Shown here: positions 1 to 15,168 of the stretch, one piece after another | Position numbering within the stretch: position 1 is the first letter of the stretch | How the letters are laid out: the number at the start of each line of letters is the position of its first letter | DNA from: the human T2T-CHM13v2.0 reference genome, Homo sapiens | DNA: 64,000 bases | Direction: 5' to 3' (one strand) | Assembly: GCF_009914755.1 (NCBI RefSeq) | Contig: NC_060925.1 | Program-made: the position numbers and the translations under genes | Notes under the pieces: generated by a model | What the model was told of the DNA's origin: nothing | Seen by the model: the letters and a program-made list of their open reading frames with translations, nothing else | Database searches by the model: none

Positions 1-753
<753 letters not shown>

Positions 754-756
754 TTA

Positions 757-3937
<3,181 letters not shown>

Positions 3938-4821
3938 TCATTATGTACCCAGTAGTCATTCAGGAGCAGGTTGTTCAGTTTCCATGTAGTTGAGTGGTTT
4001 TGAGTGAGTTTCTGAATCCTGAGTTCTAGTTTGATTGCACTGTGGTCTGAGTTCTAGTTTGATTGCACTGTGGTCTGAGAGACAGCTTGTTATAATTTCT
4101 GTTCTTTTACATTTGCTGAGGAGTGCTTTACTTCCAACTATGTGGTCAATTTTGGAATAGGTGTGGTGTGGTGCTGAAAAGAATGTATATTCTGTTGATT
4201 TGGGGTGGAGAGTTCTGTAGATGTCTATTAGGTCTGTTTGGTGCAGAGCTGAGTTCAGTTCCTGGATATCCTTGTTAACTTTCTGTCTCATTGATCTTTC
4301 TAATGTTGACAGTGGGGTGTTAAAGTCTCCCATTATTATTGTGTGGGAGTCTAAGTCTCTTTGTAGATCTCTAAGGACTTGCTTTATGAATCTGGGTGCT
4401 CCTGTATTGGGTGCATATTATTTAGGATAGTTAGCTCTTCTTGTTGAATTGATCCCTTTACCATTATGTAATGGTCTTCTTTGTCTCTTTTGATCTTTGT
4501 TGGTTTAAAGTCTGTTTTATCAGAGACTAGGATTGCAACCCCTGCCTTTTTTTGTTTTCCATTTGCTTGGTAGATCTTCCTCCATCCCTTTCTTTTGAGC
4601 CTATGTGTGTCTCTGCACGTGAGATGGGTTTCCTGAATACAGCACACTGATGGGTCTTGACTCTTTATCCAATTTGCCAGTCTGTGTCTTTTAATTGGAC
4701 CATTTAGCCCATTTACACTTAAGGTTAATATTATTATGTGTGAATTTGATCCTGTCATTATGATGTTAGCTGGTCATTTTGCTTGTTAGTTGATGCAGTT
4801 TCTTCCTAGCCTCGATGGTCT

Positions 4822-5835
4822 TTACAATTTGGCATGTTTTTGCAGTGGCTGGTACCAGTTGTTCCTTTCCATGTTTAGTGCTTCCTTCAGGAGCTCTTTT
4901 AGGGCAGGCCTGGTGGTAACAAAATCTCTCAGCGTTTGCTTGTCTGTAAAGTATTTTATTTCTCCTTCACTTATGAAGCTTAGTTTGGCTGGATATGAAA
5001 TTCTGGGTTGAAAATTCTTTTCTTCAAGAATGTTGAATATTGGCCCCCACTCTCTTCTGGCTTGTAGAGTTTCTGCTGAGAGATCCACTGTTACTCTGAT
5101 GGGCTTCCCTTTGTGGGTAACCCGACCTTTCTCTCTGGCTGCCCTTAACATTTTTTCCTTCATTTCAAGTTTGATGAATCTGACAATTATGTGTGTTGGA
5201 GTTGCTCTTCTCAAGGAGTATCTTTGTGGCGTTCTCTGTATTTCCTGAATTTGAATATTGGCCTGCCTTGCTAGATTGGGGAAGTTCTCCTGGATAATAT
5301 CCTGCAGTGTTTTCCAACTTGGTTCCATTCTCCCCATCACTTTCAGGTACACAAATCAGACGTAGAGTTGGTCTTTTCACATAGTCCCATGTTTCTTGGA
5401 GGCTTGTTTGTTTCTTTTTATTCTTTTTTCTCTAAACTTCTTTTCTCGCTTCATTTCATTCATTTGATCTTCCATCACTGATACCCTTTCTTCCAGTTGA
5501 TCGAATCAGCTACTGAGGCTTGTGCATTCATCACATAGTTCTGAGGCCGTGGTTTTCAGCTCCATCAGGTCCTTTAAGGCTTTCTCTGTATTGGTTATTC
5601 TAGCTAGCCATTCATCTAATTTTTTTTCAAGGTTTTTAACTTCTTTGCCATGGGTTCGAACTTCCTCCTTTAGCTCAGAGTAGTTTGATCGTCTGAAGAC
5701 TTCTTCTCTCAACTCGTCAAAGTCATTGTCTGTCCAGCTTTGTTCCGTTGCTGGTGAGGAGCTGGTTTCCTTTGGAGGAGGAGAGGTGCTCTGATTTTTA
5801 GAGTTTCCAGTTTTTCTGCTCTGTTTTTTACCCAT
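4822..5835 (-). pseudogene. Disrupted L1 ORF1p (RNA-binding protein)
   Basis: N-terminus MGKKQSRKTGNSKNQS (5835) with a premature stop at 5506; C-terminal piece DIIQENFPNLARQANIQIQEIQRTP...QPLQKHAKL ends at 4822. Confidence 0.95.
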
Positions 5836-6249
5836 CTTTGTGGTTTTATCTACCTTTGGTCTTTGATCATGGTGACGTACAGATGGGGTTTTGGTGTGGA
5901 TGTCGTTTCTGTTTGTTAGTTTTCCTTCTAACAGTCAGGACCCTCAGCTGCAGGTCTGTTGGAGTTTGCTGGAGGTCCACTCCAGACCCTGTTTGCCTGG
6001 ATATCAGCAGTGGAGGCCACAGAACAGCGGATATTGGTGAACAGCAAATGTTGCTGCCTGATCATTCCTCTGGAAGTTTTGTCTCAGAGGAGTACCCGGC
6101 CGGCTGTGTGAGGTGTCAGTCTACCCCTACTAGGGGGTGCCTCCCAGTTAGGCTACTCGGGGGTCAGGGACCCACTTGAGGACGCAGTCTGTCCATTCTC
6201 CGATCTCCAGCTGCATGATGGGGGAACCACTACTCTCTTCAAAGCTGTC

Positions 6250-6770
6250 AGACAGGGACATTTAAGTCTGCAGAGGTTATTGCTTTCTTTTGTTTGGCTA
6301 TGCCCTGCCCCCAGAGGTGGAGTCTACAGAGGCAGGCAGGCCTCCTTGAGCTGCAGTAGGCTCCACTGAGTTCGAGCTTCCCAGCCGCTTTATTTACCTA
6401 CTCAAGCCTCGGCAATGGCAGGCGCCCCTCCCCAAGCCTCGCTGCTGCCTTGCAGTTTGATCTCAGACTGCTGTGCTAGCAATGAGCGAGGCTCTGTGGG
6501 CGTAGGACCCTCTGAGCCATGTGTGGGATATAATCTCCTGGTGTGCCGTTTGCTAAGACTGTTGGAAAAGTGCAGTATTAGGGTGGGAGTGACCTGATTT
6601 TCCAGGTGCCATCTGTCACCCCTTTCTTTGACTAGGAAAGGGAATTCCCTGACCCTTTGTGCTTCCCAGGTGAGGTGATGCCTCGCCCTGCTTCAGCTCA
6701 TGCTTGGTGTGCTGCGCCCACTGTCCTGCACCCACTTTCCGACACTCCCTAGTGAGATGAACCCGGTACC
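6250..6770 (+). promoter_or_regulatory. L1 antisense promoter region with its splice sites
   Basis: Expected position in the L1 5'UTR. Donors CAT|GTGTGG (6520), CAG|GTGAGG (6669) and CCG|GTACCT (6765); acceptors TTTTCCAG (6605) and CTCCCTAG (6752). Confidence 0.65.
6415..6597 (+). pseudogene. L1 ORF0, truncated at 60 aa
   Basis: MAGAPPQASLLPCSLISDCCASNERGSVGVGPSEP... matches primate L1 ORF0. It ends at TGA where L1HS has CGA (Arg). Confidence 0.9.
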
Positions 6771-6868
6771 TCAGTTGGAAATGCAGAAATCACCTGTCTT
6801 CTGCGTCGCTCATGCGGGGAGCTGTAGACTGGAGCTGTTCCTATTTGGTCATCTTGGCTCCACCCCCC

Positions 6869-6958
6869 AATTTAAATATTAATCTCATCTAAAAAGGACC
6901 ATCACTGTGACCGCCAGAAGGGCTGGGTTCTGTGGCCTAGTCAAGCTGACACATCACA
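6869..6958 (-). mobile_element. Terminal fragment of an old MLT-type LTR (site into which the L1 inserted)
   Basis: ATTAATCTCATCTAAAAA...GGCCTAGTCAAGCTGACACATCACA resembles the reverse complement of the MLT1/MLT2 LTR start. Confidence 0.55.
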
Positions 6959-7994
6959 GAGAGGGACAACAAAGTGCTCTCAGGTGACACTGTCCTCCCT
7001 TGGATCTGTGGCTCCATCCCTGCCCTCCTGCCCTCGGGGGAGCTTGTAGAAGGCTTCATCTCAGAGCCCACTGCCCCTGAGTCATGTGATCCAATCAAGG
7101 CCCCTGAGCAGAGAATAAAGAGGTCACTCTGGCAAGTCTGGGAGGAGACTGACCAGTGTAGTCGGTGGAGGCATTGGTCAAGCCCCCAGCCCTGGTCCTG
7201 AAGCAAAATCCTCCCCAGGTCCAGACTCTCAGCACCTTCTTCCCAGGCAGGGGCTGACAGATGCCTCTGTGGGTGCTTAGGAAACAGCCAGAGGATGCCA
7301 GCGGTCCAAGGAGTGGCTGGGGCAGGGCCTGAGACCCAGCAGCTGCCGGCCATGATGCAGGCTGGGAAGTGGTTCATTTAAGATGGCACTTGTTGGGCAG
7401 CAATGTGTGACACTCCCTCTAGAGGCTCAGATCAATTCTCGTGCTTTTATCTTTTCTTGAGGCTCAGCATGATGAAAAGTGGCCTATATCTACAGCTGAT
7501 AAATAACCAGAAACTTGCTGTATCTGTTTTCATTTTATTTTCTTGAACAATTACCGCCAGCATGCCTTACATTCAGAGGCTGAGATTTTAAGTGGCCAAA
7601 AGAACTTCCCAACTGAGCCTGCCAGGGACTCGTTTGAAATGTTCTTTGCTGCATCGAAAAGCACCAGACATGATCTGTGAAAGAGCTGGGAGGAAAATGT
7701 TGCATGTTCACAGCACAAGCGTGTCCTCCTCTCCAGGGGATGGGAACATGGAGGATGGTTCCCACCTCCAACCTCAAACCCTAGGAGAGGCCTGTCCCAC
7801 TGATGAGAGAGGACAGCGCCAGCCCAGGAGCCATCCAAAGGATCATCAGGGTGAGGAGGGGTTTGGAGCCCCTGGGATGGCTGGGGAGGAAATGGGGAGT
7901 GTGGAGCTGCAGGATCCTTAGATGCTGTCTACATTCCTCTAGTTGAGCACTCAAGTCATTGTGTGACCCTAGTCACATGTCTGCCTCAGCACCA

Positions 7995-8090
7995 GGAGAG
8001 TTAGCTCCTTGAAGCCAGGAACTGCTTCTTTTAATACTCAGAGTGGTATCAGCATTTAACAACAGGTGCTCAATACATGTTAAATAGAAG
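7995..8090 (+). mobile_element. L2 3' end
   Basis: CTCCTTGAAGCCAGGAACTG...CAGGTGCTCAATACATGTT resembles the L2 3' terminus. Confidence 0.55.
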
Positions 8091-8091
8091 G

Positions 8092-8762
8092 GAGGACGGA
8101 TGCATGGATGGTTGGATGGGTGGATGGATGGAGGAGTAGGTGGGTAGATGGAAGGATGGATGGATGGATGGATGGATGGATGGATGGATGGTTAGATGGG
8201 TGGTTGGATGGAATGATGAGTGGATGGATGGATGGGTAGGTGGATGGATGGAAGATAGGTGGATGGGCAGCTGGATGGATGGGTGAATGGGTGGGTAGCT
8301 GGATGGATGGATGGATGGATGGGTGTGTGGATGGTTGGATGGAATGGTAGGTGGGTGGATGGATGGATGGGTCAATGGATAGATGGAAGATAGGTGGATG
8401 GGTAGATGGATGGATGGGTGAATAGGTGGACTGGTGGATGGATGGATGGATGGATGGATGTGTAGATGGAATGATAGGTGGGTGGATGGATGGATGGGTG
8501 GATGGATGGATGGATGGATAGATGGATAGATAGTCAATAGATGAGTAAGTGGAGGGGTTGATGGATGGAAGATGAGTGGATGGGTAGTGCATATATGGAG
8601 GGGTGGGAGAATGAGTGGATAGATGTGTGGATAGGTGGATTCTTTGGAGGATGATAGATAAATATTTGGATGGATAGGTGGGTGGGTAGGCAGATGGGTG
8701 AATGGATAGGTGAGTAGGTGGGTTGACAGATGGACTGTTGAGTGAATGAATGTGTGAATGGA
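8092..8762. repeat. Degenerate (GGAT/GGGT)n simple repeat, ~670 bp
   Basis: Direct inspection. Confidence 0.95.
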
Positions 8763-11700
8763 AAAGTGGCATGAATCTTTCCTCAAATCTTTGAAAGACT
8801 GTCACATCTTAAAGAGTGGAGTCGTATCTTCTGTGGATCCAGAAAACAAAATCATAGTAGATTCTATAGAGAAGCAGATTTGGACTCAGGCTAAGAAAGA
8901 ACTTTCTACTGACCCCAGTTGGCTTTTGTTGGAGTAGACTGTGTGGAAAGGGAGCAAGTCATGGTCCCTGGAAGTGTCAGGAAAAGGAAGCTGTCAGGTG
9001 TAGTAGAAGGTGTCCTTGTGCTAGTTGCAGGGAGACCCCAGAGGTCTTTCCATCTCTGGCCTCCATAGTTCCTCCTGAGCCCCTGTCCTCAACTGGGTCA
9101 AGGAGCCAATTTTTCTGGCCCCTGCAGGAGACCCATGCTCTGCTAGTGCAGCTGCTGACCCATGGCAGGGGTGCACTCTCCTGGCTTCAGACCTTGGCTC
9201 TCCTGCCCGCTCCTCTGACTGAGCTCTCAGATGCTGCCCAGGTGACCTGAGGAAGCTGATCTGCAGAGAGGACAGGAAGCATGTGACAGTCAAGCAGGCC
9301 CAGACCTGACCAAGGTCATGCAGGTGGTAGATGGGAGAGGCAAGGAGGTGCTGCCAGGAAGCCCCTACAGAGACAAATTGGACAGAGCCAGGGCAGAGCC
9401 TCCCAGGCCTAGTTCCTGGGGAATGCTCAGGGCCAGGGAACCCTCCTCTGGAGCAGGCACATGTCCTTAGCACTCACCTTCCCTACTAAGAGCCAGGGCC
9501 TGAAAGGAGACAAAAAAGGCCTGAGAAAGAAGCTGGGGCCCAGGACTGCATAACACCAGTGCCTGTTTCACTGTCCCCAGCCCAGGGAAAGGGATTGGGG
9601 CTCCATGAGAGGCTGATGGCAGGGAAGGAGCCATGCAGGAGCCCCATTTGGCTTGTGTCTGTCCCCTTGGCATCTCTTTCTCCTTAGAAAATCTGATTGC
9701 TTGTAGCTTCCACACTGGCCATCAGTTTGATCTGAGCTCAAGGGTGCAGCAGAGGCTCACCTTGTTCTGCTTAAATAATGCAGGTAGTGAAGTTATTGAC
9801 AATCTGTCATCTGCTTGAAAGTGGCTTCGACAGAGCCAGAAGCGTGGGAGGGCCCCAGGGGCCTCAGCCGGCCACAGGTCCAGTCTCTGGCTGAACAGGG
9901 GCTCTTCAAGAAGGGCCAGGCCCTTGGCATGGTCCAAGATGAATGGATGGGAGCTTGAGCCCTACCTGGCCTTTTCTAGAAGGACATTCTATGGGGAAAT
10001 TCTAAGCAGAAGTGAGGGCAGGAGCTGTCTGGCTAGGAGGCCTGCGTTGTGGATTGGAAAGGAGTCTCCTGATGCAGGCTGGGCCCCCCGCAGGGGTGGG
10101 GGCAGTGCTGAGTCACTTCCTGCCAGAGGACAGGGTCTGAACTCCCAGGACATTCTGGCCCCTTCCCACTACCGGCCTAGCCCTGCCGCCTGTGCCTTGC
10201 CTCCTGGCCTCCTAGCCACAGACAGGGGTTTATGATGAGCCGGCTTGCTCATCCTTGAGCCTGGGTTGGATTTTTTTTTAATGTTTAAAAATTCCCCACA
10301 GCATGGCAGGTGCCCGGCTGCTGGGTCACCCCATCGGCTGTTCTGTCATCAGACATCATGTTTACCCATCAGACGCTGTTTTCCTGACACTCAACACTCA
10401 AAATAATGATCTCGCTGGAGCACCTTCATGAATGATTCATGAGGCTCTGCTCAACTTTGGGTGTTAACAGCAAATCAAAGCCCCTCAGTGAGGGCAGCAG
10501 AGCAGCAGCCAGAAGGCAAGCCCTGGCCCCAGCCTCCAGGCCCCCAGGGATGCTCAGGGCCTGCCACCCCTCTCTCAGGCTCCAGTCCAGCCCTGCAGGA
10601 GTGAGCCAGCCTCAGCCAGGCCATGGCACAAAAGGGGAGGGGAGCAGGGTCCTGGCTGTCACCCATGTCCTGGTGACCTTGCTGAGGACATTGGAGCTCC
10701 AGCCTCAAGTCAGATCCCCTGGACCCCAGATCTCTTCCACCCACAGGTGGTGTGACCTTGAGCAGGTCACTTTGCTTCTCTGAGCCTCTCTTTCCTGTCT
10801 GCAAAGCCAGGTGGGAACTGCCCTCCCGCAGGGCACCTGTGAACACGTGTGAGTGCCAGGAACTGAGGTTCCTGGCATCCGGGTAGAGTCCAAACATGGA
10901 AGCTCGGATTATTATGTACTGCTCTTACTTCACCTCTCCTGGTCTTCATTCTCTTATTTGTGAAATGAGAGGGTAAACTGTGGGGTCTCCAAGTCTCTTT
11001 ACCTGAAATACAGCACCTGCCGGGTCTGTCCACACTGTGTGTGCACTCACAGGAGGGAGCTGTGCAGCCTGCAAAGGGGGAGCTGCTTCTCAGGGACGTT
11101 TCTCTGCCAGATTCTGCAACGGAGAAGCATGGAGGGCACAGCCCAGCCAGGGGTTGTGCAAAAACACACACACACACGTGCTCACATGTGCTCACATGGC
11201 AGTGGCAGCAGCCAAACATGACCTCATAAATACATACACAGCCTGTTCAGCACATAGAGACATTAAAGGCAAGGCTCAGCGAGAAGAGCTGGGATATCTG
11301 GGTCCTGTTCTGTCCCTGTGTCCCCAAACCGGTGGCTCCCTGAGGGAAAGGCCAAGTCTGCTCCATCACCAGGACCTGCCTGGCTCCTGCACATTGTGCT
11401 TGGCACTGAACTTGCACTTAATAAACATGGGTCAAATGAAGGGAATTCCTAGTGTTGAGCACTAGGAATGCAATCCCAAACAAGACCAGCCACAGTCAAT
11501 CAGCCCCGTGACCCTCCCCCCAGCCTCAGTTTCTCCTCTGTGGCCTAGCAGGTTAAATCCCTAATGCCACAAATGTTCTAGCCTGGTTCTGCCATTCAAA
11601 AGTGACTGGGGGCAGACTCCGTGGCCCCTCCTATAGGCCTGTCAGCAACAGTTGCAGGGGGGTGCCCATCCATAACCCTGACCCCAGGGAAGGGAGGGAG

Positions 11701-12254
11701 TGGAGCCACAAGACCAGAAGTGGCCTCTGCCCCTCCCTAGAAACAAGATGCAGCCCCAGCTGGGAAGGCCTATGGCTTTTTCTTTCTTCCCTAAATGGCC
11801 TGGGAGCCCCTAAGGCAAGGATGGGTCCTTGCCCTGATGGTGCAGCCAGGCCCAGCAGCAGCACAGAGTGGAGGTCAAATAGCGCCTCAGAGCACCAGAT
11901 GAACCTCAAGAAAGCAGCATGAGGGGCAAAGGCCAGGGCTTCCCAGTCCTGGTAACTACGGGAGGCCAGGTCCCAGGCCCCCAGGCAGAGGGGAAGCTAA
12001 GTGGCCAAGACGCAGGCCCAGGCCTGAGACCCCTAGCTCTGCCCTTTGCAACCTGTGCAGTCCTGGACAAATCACCTTGCCTCTCGAAGTGTCCATTTTC
12101 TCCTCTGTAAAGCAGGCAGAGTGAAAGTACCCACCTCCGGGACTGTGGAGAGGAAGGCGCGGGGCCATGCAGAAGAGAGCTGGGCCATGGTGCGGGCCTA
12201 GTCCATGCTCTCGGTGCAGAGTTGGGGATAAGAGACCAGGGCCCACAGCCTGGG

Positions 12255-12430
12255 GGGCTGCTGAGTCTGTGTTTATTTATCACGTTGATATTTTGTTCAT
12301 TGTGGATTTTTTTCACAACAGTTCCAACTTTTTAGAATATTGCACTAAACATTATCTCCGTTACTGAGTTTTCTGGCACCCCCTTAAATTTTGTGGCCAA
12401 GACAAGTGCCTCCCTTGCCTTCCCTGCACA
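12255..12430. mobile_element. hAT-type DNA transposon relic (MER91-like)
   Basis: TTACTGAGTTTTCTGGCACCCCCTTAAATTTTGTGGCCAAGACAAGTGCCTC resembles my recollection of MER91. Confidence 0.4.
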
Positions 12431-12911
12431 GCCTAGGCCTCTGGCCAAAGGGCTTGGACCAAAGTATCTGAGTCCAGGAGGAGGCCAGGTTAGAGGAGCA
12501 GGATGCTGGGAACAGGTTTGAGCGAGGACCAGGAAGGAGAGGATTCCCTCTAGCCCGAGGGCCTGAGCCTGACCCGGGTGGGTGTGAGAGAGCAGGAGCC
12601 AAGTGGTGCCTGATGTTGGAACATGCCACCTGGGCTGCTGGGGGGCCAAGCTTGCCAACAAGAGTCTGACAAGAGCTGTGTGCAGCAGGAGGCTCTCTCC
12701 AGCCTTACTATCAGACCCTTACTGTACCTCCCAGGCTCAGCCGGCCTTTCCCACCTGCACTCGCTGCCAGGGTAAGGTGGGGGCAGCTGCTGCTTCAGGC
12801 TGCCCCTCACTCCCACCTCTGCCCAGGGGCCAGTGCTGGGGGACCGCCTGGAGCTTCTCTGTGCCTTGCCAAGCCCCCTGTCTTGACCTGAGAGGTGCTG
12901 ACCTGACCCAC

Positions 12912-13666
12912 TGAAATGGGAGAGTTCCCTGACCCCGTCAAGAGACTTGCAACGGGGTATGGCTCATTTTCTTGGCAGCTGCCATGCGCCCACTGGGAGG
13001 GGGTGCACAGAGATGGGCAGGGGCAGGAGCCTGGGCAAGTGCTTTTGGGCTCTGGCCCCATGGTAGCATCTAGAGGTGTGTTACAATTAATGCTGTTTTG
13101 GCAGTTGCCATCCACGGACAGCTAAGTGTTAAACCAGCTCAGTGGAGAGTCAGGATGACAGCCTTTTACACCCTGCCCTCTTGGTACCCAGCTTCTTGTC
13201 CGGTATCCCAGAAGAATCAGGTCACACGGACTTGAAGGATGGTGAATGTGGGGATTTGATTGAGTGGTGGAGGTGGCTCTCAGCAGGATGGATGGGGAGC
13301 TGGACAAGGGATGGAGTGGGAAGATGATTTTCCCCTGGAGTTTGGTCATCCTGAAGCTGATCTCCTCTCCAACTATCCCCAGCCAAACTCCTCTCGACGT
13401 TTAGACACTCCTTCTCTTTTCTCTTTCTCTGCCGTGCCACTGTGCCACTCTTCTGCCCCTCTGCTCATCTGTCTGTGGATCCTGGAGCTTGGGGTTTATA
13501 TGAGTACAGGATAGGAGGGCACGGTGGGCTAAAAGGCAACATTTGGGCGCAGAAACAGGATTGCCTGTTCCCATTTAGGGCTGCAGGTTTCCAGGCTTGA
13601 GGGCGGGGCCTTTGCTGGGGAACTGCCCTCTTCTACCCAGTATTTCCTTGCCTCCTGTCCGTATCA
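12912..13666 (-). mobile_element. Solo ERV1 LTR (LTR1/MER52-related)
   Basis: TG...CA termini. Minus strand starts TGATACGGACAGGAGGCAAGGAAATACTGGGTAGAAGAGGGC. 4-bp TSD CCAC at 12908-12911 and 13667-13670. TATA-like CATATAAACCCC on the minus strand at ~13491-13502. Confidence 0.9.
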
Positions 13667-14741
13667 CCACTCCGAGCTCACTGGGCCGGAAGGGCAGGGG
13701 TCACAGTGTGCATGGAGTGATGGCTGCCAGGCACAGCCATTCTGACATTTCAGGAGACTGTGGACCACTCAGAGACAGGGCTCTAAGCAAGGCCAGCACA
13801 CAGATGGCTGAGGCCATCCCACTGGGGCTCTTGGGGCCAAAACCACCCTTTGCAGGTTAAGAGGGCATTTCAAAGAAAAAGGTTTGGGTGAGAGGAAGGC
13901 GGTGGGAGTGATTCTGCAGAAACAGATTCTGGGCCTCAATTCCCTCCTCTTGGAGGGCCTGCTCCCCAGGAGTCCCCATCACCCTGTGGGTTGGTCCTCG
14001 CCACCAGAAGGGCCTGTGTTCTTCATGAACCTTTCCATGTGCACCAGTCTTAACCGGGAGTGTGTTTCCCAAAGACAGGTAGCTCACCTTAGCAGTTTTA
14101 TATCCGTACCCCAGGCATCAGCAGGTGCCCACCAAACCCATGACCCAAGGATTGCAGGGACCAGGAGAGAAGAGCAGGAAGAAATTGTGTCTAATCCATG
14201 GGAACCCCGGGATGGGATGTAGATGAGTGTTTGGCCACACAGTTGGCAAGTCGCCTTGGAACTGGAACATAGAGCAAAGCCAGAGTCCTCACTGACCCCC
14301 TCCCGACACCTGCCTTTCATCTGCTTACGTTTTCAAGCCCAGCTGTGTGCCCAGCACTGTGCTGAGTGAGATGGACAGACAAGTAGGGAGGAGGGTCCTG
14401 AGTGGTGGGCATGGACTGGTGCAGAGCACACAGGAGAGGCCCAGCCTGGCCTGGGTGGTCCCCCAGGCCGTAAAGCCAGAGCTGGGTTTTGGACAATCCC
14501 TGGAGCTGAGCCAGGCTGCAGGGAAAAGATGCACGGAGGCGCAGAGGCAGCAACCAGCCCCCTCCAGGACCTGCGGGAGTGTTTATGGCATGGTCCTTGC
14601 CCACAAGGAGGTGGTGACAAATTGGGGACAAGTTAAATAGAACAAGATTTAAGTCCCATTGCCAAGCAGGGAATGGGAGCCGGGGCACAGGAAAGCTCGT
14701 GATGAAGTGCCAGATGAATCACACACTGCATGGCTCTCAGC

Positions 14742-15168
14742 CTGAGGAGAGCGATGGCGGGGGCGGGGCAGGCCGGACCCGGAGGAGTAGGGGGAGCAGG
14801 CGGGACCTGGAGGGGTGGGTGGGAGCAGAGCGATGGGTATTGGGGCAAGCTGGACCCAGAGGAGTCGGGGGAGCAAGTAGGACCTGGAGGGGCAGATGGG
14901 AGGAGAGCGATGGTGGAGAGGGGCAGGCCGGACCTAGAGTGTCAGGTGGGAGGAGAGAGATGGTGGGGGGGCAGGTCAGACCTGGAGGGGTGAGGAGAGG
15001 AGAGCAATGGGTGGGGAGGGCAGGCCTGACCCAGAGGGGTGGGTGGGAGGAGAGCACTGAGGGGAGCGATGGGTGGTTGGGGAGGTGGAACCCAGAGGTA
15101 GGGGTGGGAGGAGAGGGATGGTGGTGGGGGCAGGCCTGACCCAGAGGGGTGAGTAGGAGGAGAGGAGA
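14742..15168. repeat. G-rich degenerate minisatellite (~50-bp unit, ~8 copies)
   Basis: Recurring GGAGGAGAGCGATGG...GGGCAGGCCGGACC(C/T)RGAGG. Confidence 0.8.

Noticed and set aside
7800-8005. REST/RE1-like half sites (GGACAGCGCC; TCAGCACCAGGAGAG)
   Set aside because: Halves are isolated or wrongly spaced; no canonical 21-bp RE1.
8070-8805. 238/241-aa His/Pro/Ser/Ile-rich ORFs
   Set aside because: Translations of (ATCC)n simple repeat.
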